From the NCBI GenBank assembly GCA_003153395.1, contig PLYP01000005.1:21701-85700 (forward strand): a stretch of DNA of 64,000 nt, read 5' to 3'. This DNA is from Candidatus Saccharimonadota bacterium (GTDB lineage Bacteria; Patescibacteriota; Saccharimonadia; Saccharimonadales; UBA4665). The position numbers were made by a program, and so were the translations under genes. Shown here in pieces: positions 1 to 9,753 of this stretch. Numbering within the stretch: the first letter of the stretch is position 1; each line of letters begins with the position of its first letter. The notes under the pieces are model-generated. The model worked only from the letters and a program-made list of their open reading frames with translations. It did not search any database and had not been told where the DNA came from.

Positions 1-757
1 CCACTACACCTATTTCAAGTTCTTGTGCAATTTGTATCCAAGCTTGCACTAGCGTATCGCGCCAGTAGAATCCGCCGTGTAGACCAGTTTCAAACTTTTT
101 CTCAGGTTTAGACGCCCGGCTATCAACAGCCTGAATTTGCATTATATTTAGCTGTCCATTTACACCTGTGTGCGCTGCTGCAAGTGCAGTAAGTATTCCT
201 CTGTAAACAAGTCCAATAGCATAACTAGTGTCAACATAAGGTATGCTATTTTCTGGACGATAGTTAGTTGTTACTCCTTCTGGAAGTTTTATATAATTGC
301 CAGAGAAGGTGCTAGAGTGGATTGGAGTGCCCTTATTGACGATACTTATCAAATCATAGTCTTTAATATTTTTAGGAAGTTTTCGACCTGGTTGCAACCT
401 CGCAACATCTTCTAGATTAATTTTTTCTGCTAGCCCTTCGAAATCGAAATATAAACTATCTTCTTCTGGACCCCAATAATAACCCGAATATCTTTGACCA
501 GTGCGCGTATCAGTTTTTCGCGGCTGAGTGGTGTCATTGCCTTCAGTCTCTTCTTGTGGATCGTGAAGTTCAGCAGCCGTAATAGGAGAAGGCTCGATTA
601 ACTCTAAGGTGCCCTTTCCACTTATTCTTAAAATATCCAACTTAAATCTGTCACTTACACCCAGAGATGATTCATCACCTACAAGATGTAGTTCAGGTTG
701 TACGCTGTCAGAATCCAAATCAACAGCTACCAATCTATTGGCATTAACATCTCTCAT
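1..757 (-). CDS. hypothetical protein, partial (3' end beyond the left window edge)
   Basis: Hand translation of the minus strand from ATG (complement of 755-757) gives 252 codons without a stop up to position 1 (MRDVNANRLVAVDLD...LHGGFYWRDTLVQAWIQ...). It is missing from the ORF track only because no stop lies inside the window. No family recognised. Confidence 0.6.
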   Translation of the reverse strand, partial: MRDVNANRLVAVDLDSDSVQPELHLVGDESSLGVSDRFKLDILRISGKGTLELIEPSPITAAELHDPQEETEGNDTTQPRKTDTRTGQRYSGYYWGPEEDSLYFDFEGLAEKINLEDVARLQPGRKLPKNIKDYDLISIVNKGTPIHSSTFSGNYIKLPEGVTTNYRPENSIPYVDTSYAIGLVYRGILTALAAAHTGVNGQLNIMQIQAVDSRASKPEKKFETGLHGGFYWRDTLVQAWIQIAQELEIGVV

Positions 758-805
758 AATTAGATATATTATAACATTATTAATGTTATTTACAAAATAT
801 TCTTA

Positions 806-840
806 TTAAAAAAGACCCGGTGCAAATTTGCCCGGGTCGG
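806..840 (-). terminator. rho-independent terminator downstream of the hydrolase gene
   Basis: Stem GACCCGG (814-820) / CCGGGTC (832-838), extended by GCAAA/TTTGC. On the minus strand it is followed directly by TTTTTT (complement of 808-813). It lies about 75 nt after the stop at 915. Confidence 0.7.
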
Positions 841-914
841 TTGGAAGCCTCACACTTCCGTATCTAGCTTATGACAGAGCAACTTGATTATGCAACGTGA
901 TTTTACTCACATTA

Positions 915-1742
915 TTAAGTATATTCGAGCGCAATTGCGCCTAATATCCGTTTGGTTAAAAAATGACTGGCCTTAACAGAAATAATATGCCGAGCCCTAA
1001 CATTAAATGTATTTATTTGCTGGGATGGGGAACCTATATATTTTGATGGTTGCCCGCGTATAACAAACATGTCAAAAGTTCCATATATAACGTCCATTGG
1101 TACAACCAGGTCTTTTATGTCTGTGTTTGCCGTCTGATGCATTATTGTATTTTCCAAACTCTTAATGAATGGTATCCAAGTATTTTGATTTACTTCAAAA
1201 CCTACGACTCTTTGTGCCAGCTTGTGAGCTCGTTTTATATTAGACGGGTCAAACTCGGGCTTATAGTCGATTATCCAGTTATAGAATTTTTCGTAAGCTT
1301 TTAATCTAAGTCTATAAATACGTTTCTCGGGTAATCCATCGTAAAGAGGCATTTCGTAAAGAATAAGATGTTTGACTAAATCAGGTCTTTTACTGGCAAC
1401 GTGAAGAGCAATCAGACAGCCCATTGAATGCCCGACAATAATAAATTTAGTTTGGCCCTTAACTTTATCCAAACTGTAAATAACGGCGTCGGCGTGATCA
1501 TCTACATCGTATTTGATCCAGTCGGGTTTAGGCGAATCCCCAAAGCCAAGTAAGTCATAGGCTAAGATTCTAAGCGTTGAGTAATGTTTTAGATCTGTTA
1601 TTAAGTGCTTCCAAACACCTCCCGTCTTACCTATCCCGTGTAACAGTACTATAGGTGTACCTTGGCCCTCATCTATAACAAGCTTAAGCTTGAACGGTCT
1701 ACTCAGCCATTTGTTCCAAATCAAATAATATATATTTTTCAC
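915..1742 (-). CDS. alpha/beta-fold hydrolase
   Basis: HG oxyanion motif (LLHGIGKTGGVW) and nucleophile elbow GHSMG (VGHSMGCLIALHV). GTG start. Confidence 0.8.
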   Translation of the reverse strand: MKNIYYLIWNKWLSRPFKLKLVIDEGQGTPIVLLHGIGKTGGVWKHLITDLKHYSTLRILAYDLLGFGDSPKPDWIKYDVDDHADAVIYSLDKVKGQTKFIIVGHSMGCLIALHVASKRPDLVKHLILYEMPLYDGLPEKRIYRLRLKAYEKFYNWIIDYKPEFDPSNIKRAHKLAQRVVGFEVNQNTWIPFIKSLENTIMHQTANTDIKDLVVPMDVIYGTFDMFVIRGQPSKYIGSPSQQINTFNVRARHIISVKASHFLTKRILGAIALEYT

Positions 1743-1801
1743 TAATATAATTATATACGCCTAACGTGTTTGAGAGCATCGCCCAATATATTACAATATA
1801 A

Positions 1802-2827
1802 GTGTTAATGCTATTATTCTCGTCAATGCTCCATAACGGCAGCCTAAAACTAACATTACTTGTTATTGAAGTAATCTTACTTGTAGCAACTTCAGCGGTT
1901 TGTTCGGGACTTAATATTGCTATTATGTCGCTTGATCTAAATGATCTTAAGCGAAAAGCTAAGCTTGGTAACCGTCAGGCCGCTCGTGTTTTACCGCTCA
2001 GAGTCCAGACGCATTTAACGCTAGCTAGCATTTTGCTGACTAACGTGGCTGCCGTTTCTGCTACGTCTTTGGTACTAAATCAGAGGCTAAACGGACTGCT
2101 TGCAGGAATTCTAGGTACGCTGTTAATTGTTAGCTTCGGCGAAATTATACCTCAGGCCTTGTTTTCCAAAAACGCACTATTTTGGGCTAGCCTCTTCTCA
2201 CCACTGCTAAACACCATGATTTTTATAACTTATATTATCTCCAAGCCTCTAGAGATTCTTCTTAATAATCTATTTCCGCATGAGAAAACAAAGCTACAAT
2301 CCAGACATGAGCTAGGTCTATTAATTACCGAGCACTTAAGCGATAAGACTTCAGAGTTAGATGAAAACGAAATTGAAATCATGAGAGGCGCCTTAAGCTT
2401 AAGTGAAAAAAGAGTAAGAGACATAATGACAGATATTCGTCATACGTATTGGATTACTCCTGATATGGCCCTTGATGGTGATAAGATCGATGAAGTAAAA
2501 GAAAAGGGTTTCTCCAGAATCCCAGTATTTAATGCTGCACTAACCAAAAGTTATGGTGTGTTACTTATGAAGGATCTAGTCGATATAGATTTTGATGATA
2601 ATAATTATTTAGTTGAGGATATGACTCTTCACCCAGTACAGCTTGTCGGCAGTATGACTGCTCTCGATACCATGTTCCGCAAATTTATTAGTGCTGGAAT
2701 TCACTTAATACCAATAGAAAAAGACGATAAAATTGTAGGAATATTGACTATTGAAGATCTAATAGAAGAGATTTTTGGACTAGAAATAGAGGACGAAACT
2801 GACAGGACTAAGAAGCTAAATAAGTAG
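1802..2827 (+). CDS. CNNM/DUF21 transmembrane domain plus CBS-pair protein (CorC/TlyC-like, no CorC_HlyC C-domain)
   Basis: N-terminal 4-TM DUF21-like region (GEIIPQALFSKN). It is followed by the typical LSEKRVRDIMT CBS entry and a second CBS (IGILTIEDLIEEIFG). Confidence 0.8.
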   Translation: MLMLLFSSMLHNGSLKLTLLVIEVILLVATSAVCSGLNIAIMSLDLNDLKRKAKLGNRQAARVLPLRVQTHLTLASILLTNVAAVSATSLVLNQRLNGLLAGILGTLLIVSFGEIIPQALFSKNALFWASLFSPLLNTMIFITYIISKPLEILLNNLFPHEKTKLQSRHELGLLITEHLSDKTSELDENEIEIMRGALSLSEKRVRDIMTDIRHTYWITPDMALDGDKIDEVKEKGFSRIPVFNAALTKSYGVLLMKDLVDIDFDDNNYLVEDMTLHPVQLVGSMTALDTMFRKFISAGIHLIPIEKDDKIVGILTIEDLIEEIFGLEIEDETDRTKKLNK

Positions 2828-2863
2828 ATCTTTATACTTTTAGATTAGTTAACTGCTCATTTT

Positions 2864-3442
2864 CTATACTATGTGTCTGTGCAGGATTACAAGCAGTTTA
2901 TTGTAATTTTCCAAATACATATAGACATTAACTACTATCAGTAACGGAAATATGATTAATTTTTCTTCTAGTTTTCCTGTTTTAACTCTAAATTTTTTAA
3001 CTGGAGGAAAACCAAATTTTATTGGAATAGGAAGAAGCCAGGGAACGCCTTCTTTTGTTAGCGTATCCATTACAAGATGCGAAAGCATACCTATCATAAA
3101 TGCCCACCAAACTAGGCCAATGTCTACTGAGCGCATAATTGGGTCGAGAAAAATAAGTAAAAAGTGGATTAAAAAACCAAAAATAACCAGCCCAAGGACT
3201 GAATGGGTTAAAAATCTATGTCCACCGGCAATATTGTCGAAAATTTTACCGAAATACTTCCCCACCGGCAAATTCCGCCATAGTGGAGCGGTAGGCTGGT
3301 CTATATCAGGAGTAATCCCACCAACTAAATTAGCAAGAACCGCCATGATTGCTGTAGCTAGTGTTACGGTTCTAATGGGTCCAAATATAACTACAGCTCC
3401 TAGTGCTGTAAAAGCGGCCAGATCGTGGGTTCTTCCTGTCAT
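2864..3442 (-). CDS. membrane-bound metal-dependent hydrolase, YdjM/DUF457 family
   Basis: MTGRTHDL start, GGHRFLTHS and SHLVMDTLTKEG motifs, multiple TM helices. Confidence 0.7.
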   Translation of the reverse strand: MTGRTHDLAAFTALGAVVIFGPIRTVTLATAIMAVLANLVGGITPDIDQPTAPLWRNLPVGKYFGKIFDNIAGGHRFLTHSVLGLVIFGFLIHFLLIFLDPIMRSVDIGLVWWAFMIGMLSHLVMDTLTKEGVPWLLPIPIKFGFPPVKKFRVKTGKLEEKLIIFPLLIVVNVYMYLENYNKLLVILHRHIV

Positions 3443-3493
3443 AGATATAAAGTGTAGAGCTTAGTTGCCTTAAAGCACAAGCAGGAAAAACTA

Positions 3494-4060
3494 TTATTGA
3501 GGAACTAGTTCATTTTCCATCTTAACTGCTTCATGCATTAATAAGGCATTAAATGCTAGATCTGCCGCATGTTTAGCTTTTTCTCTCGTTGCTAGCCTCT
3601 TAGATGTTATTAATTGCGGTCTTTCCACTTTAAATCTTGAAGCCTTTAGTTGACCAAAGACCCAGACTAATGGCTTTGGCTTGCCTTCTTCCGTATGCTC
3701 ACTAACTACCACACTTTCTTTTAGGGCGTACTCACCTAACTTCCCATACTGCGGCCAAACAAATTCAGGTTTTAAGTATTCGCCGACAAGTGCTGCTGTC
3801 CATCTTTTCCCAAAAGATGGAAGTTCTTGTTGTTGGTCATAGTTGAATCTAATTGGATGCGGAGTAGTATCGTCTAGATCTCGATTTATATAAGAATTCG
3901 GGTCAGCAAAGAATAATTCGGTGGCTGCTCCAACTAATAATCTAAAAGCATCCGGATCGTACTCTACCCAGTCAACATTTGGCGCCATGTAGTGTCTATC
4001 AAATACACTACCGGCAAAGCCTCTAGGACTATATCTTAATGTTGGTTCTAAAAAACTCAC
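3494..4060 (-). CDS. hypothetical protein
   Basis: 188-aa ORF with coding-like composition and no better competing frame. No motif recognised. Confidence 0.5.
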   Translation of the reverse strand: MSFLEPTLRYSPRGFAGSVFDRHYMAPNVDWVEYDPDAFRLLVGAATELFFADPNSYINRDLDDTTPHPIRFNYDQQQELPSFGKRWTAALVGEYLKPEFVWPQYGKLGEYALKESVVVSEHTEEGKPKPLVWVFGQLKASRFKVERPQLITSKRLATREKAKHAADLAFNALLMHEAVKMENELVPQ

Positions 4061-4148
4061 GGCTTTTTTTATCTACATTTGTAATATTACACCTAGACGA
4101 ATAGAAAATACAGCATATTTAATAATTATTAGCTAGTATAATCAACAT

Positions 4149-5339
4149 ATGGATAGTAGACCATTGGCTGAAAAATTGAGACCGGAGAAATTAAGCGCTG
4201 TTATAGGTCAAGAACATCTAATAGACAGTGGCAAGATAATCAATGAAATAATATCTAAAAAGCAACCTACTAGTTTAATACTCTGGGGTCCGCCCGGGAG
4301 CGGGAAAACAACTTTAGCTAGAATTATAGCCAAAGAAACAGGAGCTGAGTTCATTGAGCTCAGTGCCGTAAGTGCCGGTAAAGCAGATGTTATGAAGGTA
4401 ATAAGACATGCAGAGCAGAACCGAAGGCTTGGCATGCAAACAATACTGTTTGTAGATGAAATTCATAGGTTTAATAAAGCCCAACAAGATGCATTTCTGC
4501 CTTATGTAGAAGACGGGACTATTAATTTAATTGGCGCGACGACAGAAAATCCAAGTTTTGAAATAATTAATCCTTTGCTGTCACGATCTAGGGTGTTGGT
4601 CCTTAATCCCTTGAGCATTAAAGAAATAGAAGAAATTATAAAAAACGGTGCTCAGAGCTTAAAAATAAACGCTAAAGTATTAAATGGTAAAAATATTGAA
4701 TTAATTGCTGAGCTATCAGCAGGAGATGCCCGAGTAGCACTAGGCAATTTAGAACTTGCTCATCAGCTTGCTAATGGCAAAGCAATAACTAAGGATATTA
4801 TTGAAACAGCCGCCCAAAAAAGAGTGCCCGGTTACGATAAAAAGGGCGAATCGCATTATAACGTCATAAGCGCCTTTATAAAATCTATGAGAGGTGGCGA
4901 CTCTACAGCAGCTCTATATTATTTGGCAAGAATGATACAGGCTGGTGAAGATCCTAAATTTATCGCCCGTCGCATGATAATATTTGCCAGCGAAGATATC
5001 GGTATGGCAGCACCAGCGGCACTTAATATTGCAGTATCAACATTCTTAGCCGTTGAACGTATTGGTTTACCGGAAGCGCAGTATAATCTCTACCACTGCG
5101 CTACAGTACTATCTAAAGCACCGAAATCCAGAGAAATTGCTTCGGCTATGAATAGAGCCGTTGACACTGCACAGAAATATCCTGACCTGCCTGTTCCCTT
5201 GCAGCTTAGAAATGCTCCTACTAACCTCATGAAGGATTTAGGTTATGGTAAAGGAACTAAATGGAAAGCAGGATTTAAACATCCAGACGGCTTTATGCCT
5301 AAGGAAATCGAAGGATTAGATTTTTTTAGCGAAAATTAA
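4149..5339 (+). CDS. rarA: replication-associated recombination protein A (AAA+ ATPase)
   Basis: Walker A GPPGSGKTTLARIIA, Walker B FVDEIHRFNK, MgsA C-terminal region (YDKKGESHYNVISAFIKSMRG..DPKFIARRM). Confidence 0.9.
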   Translation: MDSRPLAEKLRPEKLSAVIGQEHLIDSGKIINEIISKKQPTSLILWGPPGSGKTTLARIIAKETGAEFIELSAVSAGKADVMKVIRHAEQNRRLGMQTILFVDEIHRFNKAQQDAFLPYVEDGTINLIGATTENPSFEIINPLLSRSRVLVLNPLSIKEIEEIIKNGAQSLKINAKVLNGKNIELIAELSAGDARVALGNLELAHQLANGKAITKDIIETAAQKRVPGYDKKGESHYNVISAFIKSMRGGDSTAALYYLARMIQAGEDPKFIARRMIIFASEDIGMAAPAALNIAVSTFLAVERIGLPEAQYNLYHCATVLSKAPKSREIASAMNRAVDTAQKYPDLPVPLQLRNAPTNLMKDLGYGKGTKWKAGFKHPDGFMPKEIEGLDFFSEN

Positions 5340-5350
5340 TCTAAAATATA

Positions 5351-6481
5351 CTAACTCTTTTTAACTTTTTCCCAGGGCAAGTCTGCCTTACCAAAGTGGC
5401 CGTAAGCAGAAGTTTGCGAGTAGATTGGTCTTCTTAGATCAAGCGTTTCAATAATCCCTTTTACCGAGGTATCTATTAACTTGTCCTTAAATGCATATAA
5501 ATCATTCTCAGTTACCTTTGCTGTCCCAAAAGTTTCAATAGTCTGCATTAAAGGTCTGGGCTGACCAATAACATAAGCTAGTCCAACTTCGCATTTGTCA
5601 GCAAGTCCGCTAGCTACAATATTCTTGGCAATATATCTAGCTGCATATGCGCCGCTTCGATCTACTTTAGAGGGATCTTTACCGCTAAATGCACCGCCGC
5701 CTACGCGGGCATAGCCTCCGTAAGTATCAACTACAATTTTTCTTCCAGTTAGTCCGGCGTCACTTTCTGGACCGGGGATGTGCCATAGCCCAGTGCCATT
5801 GACCGTAATATTTTCTTCCGACGGCATTACGAATTTAAATGAATCCAATACTGGTTTAAGTATTTTCTCTATTGATTCAGAGCGTACTTTTTCAGCTGAA
5901 GTTTCTTCGTTGTGAGCCATAGCTAGCACTAATTTTTCTACTGCTACAGGCTTACCGCCTTCATATCTTATTGTTACCTGAGCTTTGCCATCCGGTCTCA
6001 ACCAATCTATTTCTTTGCTTTCTCTGGCTGCGTCTATCCTCTTTGTGAGAGCATGAGCTAGAGCGATAGGTAGCGGCATAAGTTCTGGCGTTTCATTAAC
6101 CGCAAACCCGAACATCATGCCCTGGTCTCCAGCGCCGTCCTGATCAACTCCTATGGATATTTCTGGTGATTGCTTGTGAACGTCGTTGCTAAATTCAGAT
6201 TCATCACTAAAACCCCACGCCGGTACTGAATAACCAAGCTGTCGAACTTTTTCACAGGCAACATGCTGGAAATTTATATCGGCATTCGTTTTTATTTCTC
6301 CAAATAAGGCAATTTTGTTAGCACCTGCAACAGTCTCTATAGCAGTATGGCTATTGGGATCCTGGGCCAGTGCTGCATCTACTATGGCGTCACTTATGGC
6401 GTCACATATTTTATCCGGATGACCAGCACAAACTGATTCACTCGTGAAGTAGTTTATAAAGTCTTGTACGTTATCTGACAT
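5351..6481 (-). CDS. metK: S-adenosylmethionine synthetase
   Basis: FTSESVCAGHPDKICDAISDAIVDA, GAGDQGMMFGFA, GGGAFSGKDPSKVDRSGAY signature blocks. Confidence 0.97.
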   Translation of the reverse strand: MSDNVQDFINYFTSESVCAGHPDKICDAISDAIVDAALAQDPNSHTAIETVAGANKIALFGEIKTNADINFQHVACEKVRQLGYSVPAWGFSDESEFSNDVHKQSPEISIGVDQDGAGDQGMMFGFAVNETPELMPLPIALAHALTKRIDAARESKEIDWLRPDGKAQVTIRYEGGKPVAVEKLVLAMAHNEETSAEKVRSESIEKILKPVLDSFKFVMPSEENITVNGTGLWHIPGPESDAGLTGRKIVVDTYGGYARVGGGAFSGKDPSKVDRSGAYAARYIAKNIVASGLADKCEVGLAYVIGQPRPLMQTIETFGTAKVTENDLYAFKDKLIDTSVKGIIETLDLRRPIYSQTSAYGHFGKADLPWEKVKKS

Positions 6482-6489
6482 AAAAATAT

Positions 6490-6642
6490 CCTCTCTGCTT
6501 AATTATTTCTAGCTAGGAAAGGATATAGTCTTAACATATCTTTCCCGCTAAATCGGGCTAGATGGAGCACCTTACTTACTTTAGTGTAGGTTGCTGGCGG
6601 TTCAGCGAGCTAGTTCTCTCCCCGCGCTCTTTATATTTAAAT
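6490..6642 (-). promoter_or_regulatory. SAM-I (S-box) riboswitch in the metK leader
   Basis: The minus-strand leader reads UUAAAUAUAAAGAGCGCGGGGAGAGAACUAGCUCGCUGAACCGCCAGCAACCUACACUAAAGUAAGUAAGGUGCUCCAUCUAGCCCGAUUUAGCGGGAAAGAUAUGUUAA. It contains the AGAG, GAGGGA-like, GCAACC and GGUGC cores, a P4 hairpin CCCG/CGGG, and P1 closure UUAAAUAU/AUAUGUUAA. Downstream, AUAUCCU can pair with the AGGAUAU that contains the SD, directly before a U-run and the ATG. Confidence 0.75.
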
Positions 6643-6722
6643 CAAATTGTTAATGTCTAATACTATATCACAATTATTCTCATAAATAACACTAAACTAT
6701 AATTTGTTATGCTATTAAGGTT

Positions 6723-7430
6723 ATGTTTTATACACCCATTAATGGAATTACCTGGACAATCGGGGGTATAACAACAAGTCAGTTCGGCATTAAAGCTCTA
6801 CTAAATTACAAAAATAACCGAAACCCAATAGCCAGAATATACGGCTGGTTGGGCATAGCATTAGGAATAGGCCTATTTTTTTTCGGAATACCGGCTCTAC
6901 TCACTAATAATACCGACGCATTAAAATACACTTACTTTCTGGCTGATCTTTTTGTTCAATTATGCATTCAAATACAAGTGTGTCTTTTATGGTTCTTATT
7001 ACTTCGATCTTTTGTTAAATTAAGATACTTACTTCTAATCTCAACTACATTTTCTGCGGTATTATTAGTAATACAGTTTTTAACTTCTACGGCAATGCTT
7101 AGTGCGTCACATAACTTAGTTATCTACCAAGATAAACCTATAGTGCTAATACTTAAATCTATAATTTATATTGGCGTATCTTTCCCGGTTGGATTTTTCT
7201 TCTTAAGACAAATCCCTAATTCGCCTACGCTTCGTTCAAAATTTAAATCCTTATTCTCAGGATTAATTTTTCTTATATTAAGCACAGCTGCTACCTCAAA
7301 CAATCTCTTCGATAAAGGCAGCGATACAGTGTCATCATCATTAACTCTAGGTGTGTTCTTTAGCCTGTTTATAATAGTTAATTCCTGGCCAACGAAAAAC
7401 CTCAGTACCTCTAAAACTAAATCTCGTTAA
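6723..7430 (+). CDS. polytopic membrane protein, unknown function
   Basis: 235 aa with 6-7 hydrophobic helices. SD-like TAAGG lies upstream of the ATG. Confidence 0.5.
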   Translation: MFYTPINGITWTIGGITTSQFGIKALLNYKNNRNPIARIYGWLGIALGIGLFFFGIPALLTNNTDALKYTYFLADLFVQLCIQIQVCLLWFLLLRSFVKLRYLLLISTTFSAVLLVIQFLTSTAMLSASHNLVIYQDKPIVLILKSIIYIGVSFPVGFFFLRQIPNSPTLRSKFKSLFSGLIFLILSTAATSNNLFDKGSDTVSSSLTLGVFFSLFIIVNSWPTKNLSTSKTKSR

Positions 7431-9114
7431 AGAATTCTTTGGCTTCCGCGCTAGCTACTTCGCCCTGATCTTTTTTGTCTTGGCTGTAATTTGGAATCCA
7501 CAAGTAGAAAATACTGCCTTTTCCAAGTTCAGTGTCAAACCATAACTTGGCTGTAAGTCTTTCCGCCAGCTTTTTTGCTATATATAGACCGAGTCCGGTA
7601 CCACCGTGCACTCTGGTCATGTAATCTTCGCTCTGGAAAAATTTTTTGAATATTTTCTTCTGATCGGAATGTGAAATGCCAATACCGGTATCCTTAACCG
7701 AAAAAGTAACTCCTTCTGGCTTGTCTTTTTTGTATTCCAGCGAAACTGTTACGCTGCCCTCGTCTGTGAATTTAAGGGCATTGCTTACAAGAGTAGTCAT
7801 TATTTCCTGAACGACGTAGCGACTGGTTAATATTACTGGTAGATCTATATTTCTATCTATCTTAGTAATCAGAGAGATACCCTTGGCCTTGGCCTGGTCA
7901 TTGAAATCAGATTTTAAATCCTTTAAAAGCTGGAGAGGATTTAATGGTTCAAGTTTTACATCCAGACTTTCACTATCGACTTTAGACAGGCTAGTTAGAT
8001 CTGAGATGATGTGTGATAACTGCTTCAAGCTTCTCATGGCACCGTTGAGCATATGCACGGCCTCAGGGTTACTTGGAACAAATGGAGGGGAAAGCATAAA
8101 CGACACGTCACCTTGGGCGATAGTAAGCGGGGTTCTCAGTTCATGTGCAGCTACGGCTATGAATTCTTTTCGCTCCTGCTCAATAGTTTTATCCTTTGTA
8201 ATGTCTCTAATAATAAGGACGTAGCCTTTCTGAATTCTATCTACTAGATACGGCGTGAAGCTTATATGCACGTTAATGAGGCTACCGTCAGGAGCATTTA
8301 ATCTCAAATCAGCTGTTTCTCGCATATTAGCCAGTTTTTTAACATCAAATTTTACTTCATTATTATTTGGATCCTGAAAAGCGAAGAGATCTTTTATGGA
8401 TTTCTTAAGCATAGAATCATGCCCAGTCAATTCGCTTGCCGCATGATTAAATATCATTACCTTGCCCTTGGTATCTATAACAAATACCGCGTCCCCAATA
8501 TTATTAACGAGTGTTAATAATTGGTGACGTTCGTTCTCTACTTCCGTGGCAAGAGCTAGCAGTTCTTTTCTTTCTGATCTTTCGGATCTGCTTAACCATC
8601 CTACGTATAATCCTATAGTTATATAAATCGCCATTTGAACAAGGAATGTTTTAGGTAAATCTGTCGTTCCAGCTACCGTATACGTATATATAATTAGGAT
8701 TGCAGCTTGAAGAATTCCTAAATTTATTGCAGTTAGGCTTCCGTACCAATAGGCGCTGGAGATTATCATTGTTGGTAATATTGCTAAGTAGGGGCTGGAT
8801 ACTCCACCACTATAAATAATTAAAACAAGCGCCAGAAAAGAATCAATAAACAACATTGCTGGTCTGTCTATTAGAAGAGTTTCTCTAACCTTATCGCCAA
8901 TTTTAAGCGTCAGATTATATATAATTGCTAGACCTTCAAGCAGGCCTATGACTTCTCTGTTTACTCCAGGGAAAAACCAGAAACTTACACCTACAATAGT
9001 GACTATAATCCACCTGGCGTACCAAGTGCTTTGTAAGTAGCTGGCGAGCTTAGGTTTTAATAGGGTATCGGTTTTAGACATTTGAGTAACAACACTTATG
9101 CTTAAGTATACCAA
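7417..9114 (-). CDS. sensor histidine kinase (multi-TM N-terminus, PAS, HisKA, HATPase_c)
   Basis: H-box AAHELRTPL, N-box LVSNALKFT, G-boxes DTGIGI and GGTGLGLYIAKKL, and a PAS-like segment (NNIGDAVFVIDTKGKV). No response regulator is adjacent. Confidence 0.9.
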   Translation of the reverse strand: MVYLSISVVTQMSKTDTLLKPKLASYLQSTWYARWIIVTIVGVSFWFFPGVNREVIGLLEGLAIIYNLTLKIGDKVRETLLIDRPAMLFIDSFLALVLIIYSGGVSSPYLAILPTMIISSAYWYGSLTAINLGILQAAILIIYTYTVAGTTDLPKTFLVQMAIYITIGLYVGWLSRSERSERKELLALATEVENERHQLLTLVNNIGDAVFVIDTKGKVMIFNHAASELTGHDSMLKKSIKDLFAFQDPNNNEVKFDVKKLANMRETADLRLNAPDGSLINVHISFTPYLVDRIQKGYVLIIRDITKDKTIEQERKEFIAVAAHELRTPLTIAQGDVSFMLSPPFVPSNPEAVHMLNGAMRSLKQLSHIISDLTSLSKVDSESLDVKLEPLNPLQLLKDLKSDFNDQAKAKGISLITKIDRNIDLPVILTSRYVVQEIMTTLVSNALKFTDEGSVTVSLEYKKDKPEGVTFSVKDTGIGISHSDQKKIFKKFFQSEDYMTRVHGGTGLGLYIAKKLAERLTAKLWFDTELGKGSIFYLWIPNYSQDKKDQGEVASAEAKEFFNEI

Positions 9115-9169
9115 ACTAGGGTTCTGCAGCTTTATTTTGCTATTCTAGGTATGTATTAAAGTATTAGAG

Positions 9170-9709
9170 ATGAAATTGAAAGTCGTTGTCGGATCAACCA
9201 ATAAAGTTAAAATTGACTCAGTAATAGAGTCCTTTAACGGTGTATTCCCTAATGAGTTGTGGGAAGTTATTGGTGTAGACGTTGATTCGGGAGTCTCAGA
9301 CCAACCTCTATCGGAAGAAGAGACGATTGAAGGGGCTAGAAATAGAGTACTGAGATGTAAAGAACTACGTGCGGCAGATTACTACGTTGGAATTGAAGGT
9401 GGTTTGATGAAAAGTACCTCTGGCTGGATGGAATGCGGCTGGATAGTTATCCGAAATAACAAGGGTGTTGAAGGAATTGCATCGTCACCTAAAATAATGA
9501 TATCAAGTAAAGTTTATGGATTCCTGAGTCGTGATAACAATACACTTACGGATGTATGTGAAAAATATTTTAAAGTTAAGAATGCGGGCAGTAAAACAGG
9601 TTATTTCGGCCTTATGACCAATGGTTATGTTGATAGAAAAAGGGCATATATTGACGGGGTTAGTTTTGCTCTTTCAAGATTTGCTCACCCAGAGTTATTT
9701 GAGTTATAA
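9170..9709 (+). CDS. yjjX: inosine/xanthosine triphosphatase (YjjX/DUF84 family NTPase)
   Basis: VVVGSTNKVK, VDSGVSDQPLSEEETIEGARNR and IEGG blocks match the YjjX family pattern. Confidence 0.75.
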   Translation: MKLKVVVGSTNKVKIDSVIESFNGVFPNELWEVIGVDVDSGVSDQPLSEEETIEGARNRVLRCKELRAADYYVGIEGGLMKSTSGWMECGWIVIRNNKGVEGIASSPKIMISSKVYGFLSRDNNTLTDVCEKYFKVKNAGSKTGYFGLMTNGYVDRKRAYIDGVSFALSRFAHPELFEL

Positions 9710-9753
9710 ATTGGGGAACTATATTACTAACTGATATAATTTTGTATTGATAA

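Noticed and set aside
170-809. Plus-strand ORFs 170..415 and 609..809 from the ORF track
   Set aside because: Both lie inside or against a 252-codon uninterrupted minus-strand frame (1..757) with far more protein-like sequence. Their translations are Cys/Ser/Ile-rich and look non-coding.
2952-3464. 170-aa plus-strand ORF
   Set aside because: It is antisense to the YdjM/DUF457 gene, which has clear family motifs (HRFLTHS, SHLVMD). The plus-strand translation has no features.
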